This document shows positions 39,522-52,578 of a stretch of 64,000 bases of DNA, one piece after another. The number at the start of each line of letters is the position of its first letter. Position 1 is the first letter of the stretch. The stretch comes from Chrysomallon squamiferum (taxonomy: Eukaryota; Animalia; Mollusca), in assembly GCA_012295275.1 (NCBI GenBank), contig CM022670.1, forward strand, positions 38,626,001 to 38,690,000, read 5' to 3'. The notes beneath the pieces were generated by a model that saw only the letters and a list, made by a program, of their open reading frames with translations, searched no databases and was not told the origin of the DNA. Made by a program: the position numbers and the translations under genes.

Positions 39522-39534
39522 TAAAAGAGGAAGT
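39522..39534 (-). promoter_or_regulatory. TCT initiator / 5'TOP pyrimidine tract of RPS3A
   Basis: The minus strand reads CTTCCTCTTTTATCTAAATTGGCCATC-ATG, a pyrimidine tract about 16-27 nt upstream of the ATG, the hallmark of ribosomal-protein genes. Confidence 0.8.
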
Positions 39535-40205
39535 GTTGTGTTTTCACAATTGAATTATGGGAAACACTAGTGATATTTTCTATTAATTACTTTAAGTTAA
39601 ACATTTAGGGTTGGGAAGATATATTTTTAAAATTATTTCAGAAAACGAAAAATAAGCTAACATTTCTTTAGTTATTATTTAACCATTGTAAACAATTTTT
39701 AAATTATCTTCTATTCAGAGGGAATGTAAATGTAAATGCAATTGAAGTAATTATATTTTGCTAAGACAATACGTTTATTTCCGTAAGCCATTTTAAAACA
39801 GTTCATTAAAAAGGCCTAAAATCACATACAAATTACAAATAATTTTGTTTATATAAATTATATTGATTCATAAATGAGAATGTGAACTGAAATGGGTCAT
39901 ATCTATGCCTACATAAGTTTTGATGTGTTAACGAGCATACAGTTGAATGTAAGATTGGAAAAATAAATTCAGATCACGTTGAATTGCTTTAAACTGTTTT
40001 AATTCCACACATAGGGAACAGCTAACGTGTTTAAGTTCAATAATTATAAAGTGCCAAGTTGGAAATAAATATTATGAAGTAGGAATCACAATAACAATAA
40101 TGATAGATACGTTTTAATGTAAGTAGTATTTAGTTTTCACTTCACACTTCCGGTAATCTATCAACGTGTTTACCGTGTAGGCAATATTAACTACATTTTA
40201 CGTAA
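39535..40205. promoter_or_regulatory. Divergent promoter region between RPS3A and PDZD11
   Basis: The start codons are about 700 bp apart. An ETS-type ACTTCCGG lies at 40146-40153 and a ZNF143/SBS-like TTTCCCATAAT (minus strand) lies within 39551-39571. Confidence 0.6.
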
Positions 40206-42701
40206 ATGACATCACCGATGTCAGCTGAACAACATCCAGATATTCCTCGATATATTCTGCCTCCATATGAACATCCACCAGCCTGGATTCCATACGCAGA
40301 GGTAATAACTGATTAATATTTTACTCATCAAATTAACAATCATTGAATCAAAACGTTTGACAAAACTTTTAAACTTGTCAAAATTAAATTTGGAGATTGA
40401 AATATTCAATATTGTACTTCTCACAAAAATGCACCTGTGTTCAGCTTAACAAATGTAAGCCAAATTATATTTGCAGGAACATAAAATGATGTCTTATGTC
40501 ATTGATTTATGGAGACAATAATTAAGCTGTATTAAACTTAAATGGAATTTTAATGTGGGTGAGGGGGAAAAAGGCTTGGAAAAGGAAGGGAGATAATTCT
40601 TGCCAGAGTTTGCCATCAATAAAAAGAAAATTACATTTTTGTTTGTTTAAGATTTTAAATAAGGCCTTTTAAGAAATTAAAAGCTCTTGAAAAAAAAAAT
40701 GACAGTAACTTTTTTTAAGTGAAAAAAATTACACATCTGAAAATATAATACAAATAAATGTCTTGGGAAAAATTATGTGTGTGTGTTCGTGTGTGTATAT
40801 GTGTATGTATGTCTGTGTGTATGAATCTATGTATATGTGTGTGTGTGTGTGTATATATATACACATACATTTTTTCGTTCTTCCAGCGTATGGATCATCC
40901 TGATTACAATAATGACGTGCGAGATTTCCTTCCTAGGAAAGTTGTTCTAGTTCGACATAAAGCTTCTGAAGCAGTAAGTGATTAGGGTGAGATTGTTGAT
41001 AACAGATTTATATTAAATTTAAACTTAAAGAAAACTTGACTTAGTTCAACAAAAAAAAAAAAACAAAAAAAATAAAAATAAAATATATATATATATATAT
41101 ATAATAATTAATAAATAAATAAATAATAAATAAAAAAAAATAATGTAAATAATAATAATAATAATAATAAAAAGTTGTGTAGTGTACCAATAAACAAGAG
41201 AAGATTAATTACTTTTATTATTTTTTTTCCTCAGCTGGGTTTCAACATTCGAGGAGGCAAAGAACATCACTGTGGTGTTTATGTGTCAAAGGTATGTTAA
41301 GTATATTATAATTATTATCATATTTATGATTTTTTTATTTATTTATTGAATAACACAATTATATATTTTGATCATTTTATTATTTTATTTTTTTTCAAAT
41401 ACTAATTATTCAGTGATGTTCATTTTAGAAATTTAAAAAAAAAAATTGATATACCTTTTCGGCTTTTTTACTGAAAAGCTGGCATGCATAAAACACCCAT
41501 GTCACTAAATATATTTTTTTATATTTTAGGTGATGCCAAATAGCGAGGCTGACAGGCTAGGTTTAAAGGAAGGTGATCAAGTAAGCCTCAGTTAATGTCA
41601 TATTTATTAAAACAGTTTTTGATTGATTGTTATTTACTGATTCTCAAAAATGAGTAGCATTCTACAATTAAATTATAAAGTACTCAGATTTTAAAAAATT
41701 ATTATTATTATTATTTTAATTAAATGTCAGAATTATAAGTTGATCTATACTTACTTAAAAATATTCAATGGTAATAACAAAAAATTAAAATGGAACTTTT
41801 TTGAATCCATAAAACTTTTATCATTAATATTGTTTATTTTTATCATTTCAGATATTAATGGTGAATGATTGCAGCTTTGAAGTCATTGAACATGCAGAAG
41901 TGAGTTTCTGTTACTCTATACATTTCATTTTACATAATATCACCTCTTTTTTTGTTTTTTCAAGTATTATAATAATTGATTTTTAACAGTCACAGCTGTT
42001 AACAAAATTATTAGATAAAGGAACCCTTAAAATGGGGATACATGCAAAAAGAACCTGTGAATCTGAGGTGCATAACATAATGATTAATGACATAACTTGC
42101 TTTGCATACATCTCTTTGGAAAAACTTATGATTTTATCAGTATAATAGTATCATATATCTGTATAGTAGTATCTATATGCTTTGGAGATGAAATGGCTAT
42201 TTATAATCTTTTTCTTTCTTGCAGGCAGTGAGAATTTTGAAGATGAATACCACTACTCAAATGATAGTCAGATACTTTCCTTACGGTAATATTCTCTTCA
42301 GACCATTCTAATCATTAAATATTTTTTACATTCATCTTATTACAAATAATTATTGTTACCTTTATTTGATGAATGCTGGTAGATGTCATACATTTTAGTA
42401 ATTTGCTTCTCAACAGTAGTTATTTTATTTTAATGAAATTAATATATTTTTAAATACAGAATACTGAACTGAAATTCTCCCATAGAAGTTTCTTAATCCA
42501 TTTCATAAATAGTACAGCTCTAACTTGATCCTTTTGTAATTGATAGCATAAATTTTAATATGAATCAGAATTTATAATTTTGTTAATACTGAATATCAGT
42601 CTTAATATATTACTGAATTTAATTTTTTTTTTTTTTTAGGTTATGAACAGACATATGACAAAAATCGATTCTCAATAACAGGCCAAACCAATCAAAGATG
42701 A
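40206..42701 (+). CDS. PDZD11: PDZ domain-containing protein 11, about 153 aa, 7 coding exons
   Basis: Exons 40206-40301, 40887-40973, 41235-41291, 41530-41580, 41852-41899, 42225-42285 and 42640-42701 total 462 nt. The translation LPPYEHPPAWIP..RMDHPDYNND..FLPR..LGFNIRGGK..VRYFPYGY matches PDZD11. An alternative start exists at 40218. Confidence 0.93.
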
Positions 42702-45041
42702 TGAGCGTGTTAAAATTTTGTGTTAACCTTTCATACATGGAATATTAGCTCTACTGAACCTCAGCAAGGAATATGCTCAGCAATGGAACAAACTTTTCTG
42801 AACTGTTAATGTAAATTATTTGCAAGAATATTTACTAAACAATATTCCAGGTGAATTCTAAACATTCCACCTTGTTACCTTTTTTTTTTCATGTTAAATA
42901 GTTATAGTTTTACTGAATTTACAAGATGGACATGGAGACAGTTCTATTTTTAAATCTTAGATTAAAATTAAATTTGCAAGACTTCAGTGGATTTATCATT
43001 GAACTGGTATATGACTGATTGCCTTACATCGCTGTTGAGTGTATTTTTTAATATTTTCTGTCTATATATGAGAAGTGAAATCAGGTTGTCGAATTACTTT
43101 TTATTTTTGCTTTTAAATCTTCAGCAGTATTTTAACTTGTACACAATGGTAACAGAAAATTTTGATTTATCCTTTCATATCATTGTATCCATTTTTATTA
43201 AAATATTTTTAAAAAATTTGTTATTATTAGTTGTTTGTTAACATAATTGTAGCTGTCTGATAACATAAATAAATATAAAGTCAATTAATTTGTGCATATT
43301 TCACACTGTAAAAATAGGCTAGTCTAAGAAGAAACAGCCATAAAAGAATGAAATTTTAAGCTTTTTTTGTCTCATTTGATAATAGTTGTTTTGTATATTC
43401 AAATTTGCAATGATACTACAGAAGAAACAACAATCTGGTTTTTTTTCACAATAACGGAGTTTTAAATTCAAAAACACTCCCTAAACTTTCTCCAAAATGT
43501 AAAAAACATTTACTGAGTTCAGAAAGAAAGAAAATAGTTTATTTTAGATGCTATGTAAACAGCATTCCAGTTGTGCATTATGAATACAGTAAGTATTTAA
43601 TAAAGCCATTTGTTGCACCAATAATTGAGAAAGAATGTACTGGTTAAAATAAAATTGTTCAGTATCGTTATTTAGAAACAGAGATAATTATTGTTAATGA
43701 AAACTCAACATGCACTTTCATACTAAAACAAAATCATAGGTTTGCACCATCCCACAGCTTTTAAAGATTCAGATTGAAACTGAAAATAACTTATCATCCC
43801 TCCATTCCCCCCAAAAAACCCTAAAGTAAAATAAATAAACCTGTCATGGACAAAAATTCAGATTATATTGGTACACTATAGATTATCACTCTCACCTCAT
43901 TAATTTTATCTTCTGATTTTGATATATAAAATTTGCTGTGTTAACTGCCTTATTAAGATAAGAGTTGACATACACCTACTTAATGTTGAAAGTTAACCAG
44001 CTAATTAATACAAGAGTCATTGACTTACATCATATTCTGTTCCGATCAAATGGAATTAATTCTGACATCTATCTTTATAGGATCCATATAGTTATATGTT
44101 TACACAAATTATGGAAAAAGAACTCAACAAAATACTTAATAAAAAACTGTTTTAATCTCATACTTAGGCAAGAGTTTTAAAAGTAATTTTAATTCATTAA
44201 ACATTAAAATAATAATAATAATAATAATTTTCTACTTATTATTATTATTTTTTCTTTTCTTTTTTTTTCTTTTCTTACGTATATGTGTATATTTTACGTT
44301 ACGCATTTCGGTCCGCACTTAGCATGATAAATGGGTACAGAGCTGCTGTTGTGTTACGCTATAATACTAACTTCCGTACTGGGAAATGGGTTTCACTCTG
44401 CATTACCTACAAGTTACAACTATTTCTTTTTAACTAGCAAAGAACAAGACCATACGTTGATAGTTTGCGTAAGTTATATTTCCATTAATAAATAGAAGAT
44501 AAACGAAGAGGAAGTCATTTAACATTAATACTGGAATACATATATTAGTTCCTGAGAGGCAGTGATTACCGACGCGGCGACGGTAAAAACTGCGGAAAGC
44601 AGAAACTGGCAAATTTATAAATAAAAAAGAATATATGAATAAAAATGAAGAGAATATTATATGCTAACATCAGAATACAAGAAAAAAAGAAAATTAAAAT
44701 TAAAAAAGAAACAGAAAAACAACAAACAAAAAAGACTGATAATTTTAATTTTAATGCTTTAGTGCACTGTGCAGTATGTATATTTGCTCATTATTTCATT
44801 TGAAAGTCATTAAGACAGATTCTGAGTTTGCAGTTTTTTCATTAATCATACATACATACATTCACACACACACACACACACACACACATTCACTTACACA
44901 TACCGTGATATATGCATGAATATGATTTATAAAAATATTTTAATTTATATTTTTTTGTTCTAGTTTACTCGGTGTCTCGCTTCACAAAGGTGCACTAATA
45001 TGATGCTGCCTGTACTGGCTTAACATCGGCTTCACAGCAGA

Positions 45042-45299
45042 ATGAGAGCTGACTGGGGATCACAGTTTGTCAACAGAGAGGCTCTTGTGTTTTTGTGCAT
45101 CAACTATGCATTTTTCTCAGTAGTTGTTCTCTCATTCATCCTCTTCATGATTATTCTGACACACACATCATCAAGTGAAGATGACCTCATGACCTCTCTT
45201 GCCATAATGTCCACATGTTTTGTCTTTATTGATCTTATTGTGGCCAATTTTCTTATTCAAACCATAAATATGAACATGGAGGTGAAGCTGCTGTTGTAG
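45042..45299 (+). CDS. Candidate 85-aa two-transmembrane microprotein (uORF or first cistron in the C9orf72 leader)
   Basis: An intact ATG..TAG ORF has A at -3 and coding-like composition relative to its AT-rich flanks. Two hydrophobic segments are separated by HTSSSEDD, and the ORF lies downstream of a splice acceptor at 44963. No family is recognised. Confidence 0.5.
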   Translation: MRADWGSQFVNREALVFLCINYAFFSVVVLSFILFMIILTHTSSSEDDLMTSLAIMSTCFVFIDLIVANFLIQTINMNMEVKLLL

Positions 45300-45505
45300 T
45301 GACTGACATTATTTGTTAAATAAATAAATAAAAAACACATTTTTTCAATGACATCAAATTTATATTAATTTCTAATCTCCAGCTTAAAAAATGGAAAAAA
45401 AAAAACTGTTTCAATTTTTTTCTTTTCACATCGTTAATGTGATATTTTGACCAAGATAATTCAACGCAAACTGTTTATGGAATAATTTGTAACTCTTGCC
45501 TTGCT

Positions 45506-48500
45506 ATGATTTTCAAAATGTCGGTTAACAGAAAAGGTCCTTCAAAACTGAAACTGCAGTCATCAAACAGCACGGGTGTGATGTGTTTCACAAGAGACGC
45601 TTCACTAAACCAGGTCTCCGATTCCGAGTCCACTCCTATCAGCCCCAGCTCTGTGTTCACCAGAGCGAAACTGAAAAATATTCCTCACAGTATTATCGAC
45701 GCCATTTTGTTCTGCCACTGGGATAACATCCTGGGTCCTAGGATGGAGCACGCCTGGTTTATAGAGGGCAGACCTGAGCGCAATGATTCTGATTTGAGAC
45801 ACGTCTGCCTGCAAGTTTTAAGTGGCGAAATATGTCGAAATCCTCAACTGTGTCAGACAGACTACAAGTTCTATGATCTCATTGAAAAGGAGATTCTTGT
45901 TCCTTCTTTCATATTTTCTGCTAAAAAAGACTTCAGCATTGTGATACATGCCATAGCTCTTGTCATTCCATCGTCGGAAATGAAAATCTATCTTAAATGG
46001 CAAATGCTCATAGAGTGCTGGTTGACAAGAATTATTGCAAAGTTTAGAATTTTGTTAAATAAAGTGAGTATTTATAAGCATTCAGTTTTCATATGTGAAC
46101 ATGCATATATCAAATCAAACAGATAAACAAATTTTTATATAAATTTTGTAAGTTTTCATTTTCTTAAATATTTCATTTATCATAGTAAAGTTCCTCTTAA
46201 AAATTTATTGAATAAAATAAAAAAAAAGATGATTAAATCAGTTGATATTTAAAATTTCTAATCGCTAACTTCAAAGGTGTACTAAAAATGTATCCAATTT
46301 ATATTTCATTTTTTTTTATATTCTGATAAATAATAGCAGTTTGATGTGATCAGAATGCAGTTAACGTGTTTATTCTTAATAATTTTCTAAGACAAGTTTA
46401 TGCAGTATTTTGTGTCAATATATTAATCCAGCCTAATCATCCTAATGGTGGGTTAGAAGAATGTTCAGTCTGGTTTGAAGAATTCCTAAAAATGTTATCA
46501 TCTTTACATGAAGAAGGCCTTCCACAAACCATACCTGTAAGTTGTTTAGTATTCGTTTTCAAATATACCTCACTTGAAACTAAAACAAAAAGAAACAAAA
46601 CATATTAAAAATTTCAGTCTATTAATTAATTTCGGTATATTTTAATATATATTAAAGCATTATTATATGTCTAGTATTTTGAAAGTCTTATTTTGCTTTT
46701 CTATTGGCAGACATAACATTATTTCTTAATTAGAAATAACATGATGCAATATTTTTATTACTTTGATATTAATGTGTACCTAGATATTAGCACAAACAGA
46801 TTTTATATAATTAAAAGCAATTTTGTTGTTATTGTTGTTGTATTATTACTGTTATATTTTATTTATTTAATTTTTGTTGTTGCTATTATTTTTCTTTTTA
46901 AATGTTTTGGGATACCAATCTTTGATAATAATGAAGTATAAAACAGTACAGTAAACTTTAAGAATGAATGGACACTTACATTATTTACTTTGTTCTTAAC
47001 AAAAGTTGTAACTCTGAAAAATAAAACAAATACATGGAAGTTTACAATTTATGTATTTAGCCACTATTTTTTTCAAATCATCACAAGAGCACTTTTATTA
47101 ATGTCTGTTTTGTTTGTTTGTTTGTTTGTTTTGTTTGTTTTTAAACAAAATATTTCACAATTTTATATTTGACACATTCTGCTAATTTTGCTGCAGCTGT
47201 CTGATACAGGTTTTTCACCTTCTCATAAACTTGAACTAGATTTCTTGCATCGTGCTCTTCAATCTCATCTGATAACATTTGGTAGAAGTCTGATTATTGG
47301 TGCCCTTCCAGACAGAGTAAACTTGGTAGGTTTACTTTTATAAAATGTCAACTATTTAAATTTGCTAATCTGATCTGTTTTCAACATTTTATTCAAATGT
47401 CAAATTATTTAATCGCTTGTCTTGACAATATATTCATTATACTTATTATTTTATTATAATCCTTTTAAAAAGATCAGAAACTTTTAAAAATAAAACAATA
47501 AAATATTTGGAAGCACATATAATGTATTTAGTCTAATTTGTTTATTCACTAGAGATAAAATTTATTGTCAGTTCAGATATACTTAAATAATATTTTTAAA
47601 TCTGTTTTTAAATAAGTGAATGATCTTTTCCTCATACTTAAAAGACAGTTTTTTTAAATTATTTTTGGAAACGAGGAATGAAGAAGTATCGTAAAATTAT
47701 AAATTTTCTACTTGTTTTTGTAGATGATATCAACTTTGGCTATGTTCAATTCTGAAGCTGAACGTGCAGTGTCAAGAAAAGTGTCAACTAAACCAGACAA
47801 CTACTGGGCATATCATCATGACATTTGTATACAGGGCATTCTCAAGGTGCAGTAACTTTTCTTTTTTTAATATGATTTTCATATATTTTTGTACAAAGAC
47901 ATAATATTATTGTTTGTTTTATATGCAGTGATAGCCAGTCATAGCATGCTGTTTAATAAACTTCTGCCATATTCCAGCTTGACTGTGCTTGCACTTGTAT
48001 GCAAACTCACCACACACACACACAGATATGCAATTTAATGAGTATACTGAAAGCTTTTGTCTAACACTTATTTGTTACATTAAAAAAAAAAAAAAAAAAA
48101 AAAAGAGAAAGAGAGAATGGTTTGTAACACTCAGTCTTAGTTTGTTGAAAATGACTCTAGCATTTTATTCTTTTTTCAGTATTTTTAAAACCCATTTCTT
48201 TGACACATTTGCAGTTAACCGATACTTCCACTGTTTTTTAGATGAAATAATAATTACTTTCAGTGCCCAGACAGCTCATTCAGTGTGCCAGTTAAAGAAC
48301 TGCTGTGTAGTCAGTTTCCTTCCACCATCATCGACATTGAGAATCGAGATGTCCGCCAGTCCCCATCCTGTCAGAATCATCTCGTACACAATTACGAAAC
48401 ACTGAAAAACGAACTCATCTGCATTCATTACAGCCAGGAGCAGGAAATCAGTCTCAAGTAAGTACAAGCAGTAGCGTCGTAAAGAACGACATTTGAAAGT

Positions 48501-49016
48501 AAAATTTAATATGAAATTAAATTGAATTAATCATGTGAAAAGATCAAATGATAAATAACTATATGGTTTGTCTTTTTTCTTCCTTTTTTTTTTTTTTTTT
48601 TTTTTTAAATAAATTTTAGTGTCAAAGGGTTGGTTGGGCTCTTTAAAAGTATCAGTGTTTGAGAATGTATATTATTTTAAGCTTGAAATAGCTTAGAGAA
48701 TGAATGTTGGTTAACTTTCTTTTTCTCTAATTTCTATTCTATATTGAATTGCCAAAAAAATAATACACTTTGCCAGTACTTAAATAAAATAAATAATGGA
48801 TTCATACAGTTCAAAAATTAAATTTTTCAGTTCTGCTTTTGAATCCTTGAGCTATCAAGACACTATAGTTCGCAACTTTATTGAAGAGGTTTGTACATTT
48901 CAAAGTTATAAAAAAATATATAAATTGTTTTTAGTAACTAATTTTATAGATATGCAAAGTAATTAATTCTCTTGACTTTAAAAGTGTTTGATTTTTATAT
49001 ATTTTTATTATTTTTT

Positions 49017-49094
<78 letters not shown>

Positions 49095-50126
49095 TTCAGA
49101 TTTTCATGTTGCCTGATGTGTATGGTATTAGAGAAGCGTACATTGTTCAGTTTAAAAGACTGCTTTCCAGGAAAGCTTTATGTCTTATTAAATATGTAGA
49201 ACACGAAACGTAAGTCTTATCAGACTTTATAAACCTTTTTTCTACAATATAATTTAAAAAAAAAAATTATATATACTATTAAATTTATTTACTTTCAATT
49301 GTTATTATCAGTAATTTGTTTAGAAAGAGATATATTTTAAGAGTTTGCAAAATGTTTATATTGTAACTGTCTGTTCAAAATTTCTAAATATTAATTATTC
49401 CATTAGATGCATATCACTTTTACTGTTCACTGAAGAAGTAATATTTAGTTAACTTGATTCAAATTATCCTTCTATAAGTCAAATTACAATTAGACAGTTG
49501 CATCATTTTAAACTAAGACTTTTGTGTCCTCCACAATGTGCTAGGAACTGGTAGCTTTTTAAAATTTGTAAAAGAATCAGAAAATTACATTAATAAATAG
49601 ATGCTAATAAGTACACACTGGCTATAAATGAATAGTGTAGTATGTATCAAAAAGGAATCAAATTTTAATATTTAAGATAAAAAGTCACTGGGAGTTTATA
49701 CAATTCAATAGTTAATTTAAAAAAAAAAAATGTATATATAAATAAATATTTATATAGATCTTTAATATAAAAAAAGTTATTTTCTGTATAGAAATAATTA
49801 ATATTTAATGTAGAAATAGTTACATACAGTATATAAATTATTTATTTTTTAATGTATAAAATAATGATTTACAGCATAAACATAAATAACAATACTATTT
49901 AAAACTTTTCTCTTTTTTTTTCTTTTTTTTTCCAGTCGCAAAGGCAGCATTCCTCTGAAAGGAGGCCTTAAAAAGATTGAAACAGGACTTGTCTTTGTTA
50001 CCTGAGGGCAATTTCAGAGTTGTAGTTGCTGTTGCTGAAAAACTGAAACCTGGGTTATATCACTTTTTACTAGGAGAAAGAAAGTTTGATGGTGAACACC
50101 TGTTGAGTGTTGAGGAAACAGTGTGA
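45506..50126 (+). CDS. C9orf72: C9orf72 orthologue (longin/DENN-like subunit of the C9orf72-SMCR8-WDR41 complex), 8 coding exons; the last exon carries a +1 frameshift
   Basis: Exons are 45506-46063, 46432-46536, 47197-47325, 47724-47846, 48264-48457, 48831-48888, 49100-49209 and 49936-50126. Motifs include HWDNILGPR, LSGEI, SHLITFGRS, RKALCLIKYVEHET and AEKLKPGLYHF. The likely start is 45506 or 45518. Confidence 0.92.
49028..49093. repeat. (ATT)n microsatellite just upstream of a C9orf72 splice acceptor
   Basis: A directly visible trinucleotide tract. Confidence 0.95.
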
Positions 50127-50718
50127 TTTGCAAAGTATAATCAAAACAAAACAAAAAATGTGTATGTATGTTTGTTTCAGTGCTAGCTGATGAATTTGAT
50201 GAATGTGGCAAAATAAAGTTTATTAGAAATAATATAAAACTGAATAAAGAAATGGTATTATACATATATATATATTTGCTAGTCATTTTGTTTGTACGTT
50301 TATGACAAGTAACATTCCGAAGATGATTTCATTTGTGTTTTCTTTGTTGTTTTCTTAATTTATCAGTTTTATTAAAATGTGAAATTATTAACATACAAGT
50401 TGCTTTTTGAAATTTTGAAATTTTATTTATTTATTTAATATTAGTGATTTATTTTATTTTATTTTATTTTATTTTATTTTTTTTAATAATTTTTGGTGAT
50501 ATTTATATATGTAATTTTATTTATGATAATAATATTAAAACTAGGAACAAACCACATTCCACTGTTTTATCTTGGATAAAATATTCTGTATTGGTGCAAT
50601 TAAATATTTTTATGAAAATGAGAAATGAAAGTGCCAATTCTTTACTTGTTAGTTATGGTAAAGTTGAACGTGGATATGTATTTTATTCTCTCTTCCATTA
50701 GTTTCTGTATAGCTTTTT

Positions 50719-50765
<47 letters not shown>

Positions 50766-52363
50766 TTTTATTTATTTTTTTTTTTTAATTATTATCAATT
50801 TGTGTTCTGAACATAATGAAAGATAATTAATTTTCACTTTAAAAAATAAATTGTTTTGTTTTGTTAATGGTACCTTTGGTTTTTACAGAATCAGTATTTT
50901 GTAGACTTCCTAGTCTCTGATTTATTAATTTGAAATATAATTTTTGCTAACAATAAAGTGTAATTGTAATAATTGTAATAACTTCTGGAGAATGCATTAA
51001 AACTAACATTATACTCATATTTCATGACAGTACACAAAAATACATAAAAACAAGAAATCTGATAGACTGCTAACATCTTTGTAGTTGTTTACTCAAATGA
51101 TGAGGATGATTTATTATTTATTTATTATTATTTTTTTTTTTTTTTTTTAGTAAATATTTTCATTTAATTTAATTTAATTTATTACATCATTTAATTTATA
51201 TTTTTACAGTTCTGTAAAAGCTTCCATGTATCCGCAAAAATTTATTTTATACTTATCATACTTTACTATTAGCAAAGTATGTTAGTTTCCAAAAATAAAA
51301 AAAAAAAAAAAAAAAAAAAAAACTATGGAAATATGCAAAAAGTATTCAGCATTCTTCACAAAAGATATATTCTAAATTATGTGTATTAACTTTTCCTTCA
51401 GTCACAGTGTTTTTGTGTTAATATGGAACATCCCATGGAGATCTAAAACCATCTTAAAGCATTGTTTTGTTAATCGCCGGTCTGATGAACATTTCACTTT
51501 TGTGTTTACTAAAAACAATTGTGCTTTGTGATTTTAAGCATTAAAAAGGTATTTCAGCAGAGGTATCATGTTTTGCATTATAAAAAGATGAAGTTAATGA
51601 AGCGATAAACTATTTTAATATTGATTATTAAAGAAAGCAATTTGTGTGTTTTTGTTACGAGTTTTGCTATAATTGTCTTTCAGTGAATTAAGATTTTTTT
51701 TTTTTTTTTTTTCTGAAATGTTTCCCAATAAAAACCGTGACGTATTTGAGACGTTTTGTTGTTTATTTGATACTGTTATATCTTATTATGGAATGATTAT
51801 AAAATCTTATCTTTATGTTAAAAAATAATGTGTATTAATTGGAAGAATCCTAGGTATAGAAGATTTTTAAAGCAAATCGCATCAGGAGTTAAACCAACAC
51901 TAAGTTCAGAACCACAAACCATTCCTTGTCAACCTTTTAAAAATATCTCGTGTAACTGTATTTGAAAAAAAATGGAAGTTATCAAAGCAAATTAAACCAA
52001 CTGATGAAATTTTTCAATTCATTTCTTAGATAAATCAGCACGATTTTTAATTTATTATTATTATTATTATTATTCAAATAACGAATTAGTGATCAAAAAC
52101 ATGATGAAGACGTCAGCAAATGGAGAGACATCTGCAGTGAATATAGGTTTAAAATAAATGTTTTTTAAAGAAATAAAGTGCAGGGCAGGGCATACATTTA
52201 GAGCGCAGTCAGTTAACACTATCGTCAGGTTTTCTTTGTAGGGGGTAAAATTATTTTATTATTATTATTATTATTATTTTATATATATATTTTAATTATT
52301 TTTTCGATTTTGTATTTTTACATTTGTATGTGAATCATTAACTAGAAAATATTAAAATAATCT

Positions 52364-52578
52364 TTTTGTTTAAATGGTCATGCAACCTAACGTGAAATTG
52401 TTCGAAGCAGTCTTTTTTTTTTTCTATTTTTTTTTTTTTTTTTTTTTTTATCATTATGTTACACTTCAGTGTAACATAATGATAAAAAAAAAAAACAAAA
52501 AAAAAAAACGGGGAATTTTTTTTTAAAAAGAGTGCGTCGAACAGTTTCAGTTTAGGTTGTATGACCATTTAAACAAAA
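52364..52578. repeat. Long imperfect palindrome (foldback / MITE-like)
   Basis: Arms 52364-52465 and 52468-52578 are reverse complements around the centre ttatcattatgttacact-tc-agtgtaacataatgataa. Confidence 0.85.

Noticed and set aside
44300-45505. Search for a GGGGCC repeat upstream of C9orf72
   Set aside because: None is present; only a short (CA)n tract was found.
51475-51520. CTGATGA hammerhead-like core
   Set aside because: No stem II/GAAA partner follows.
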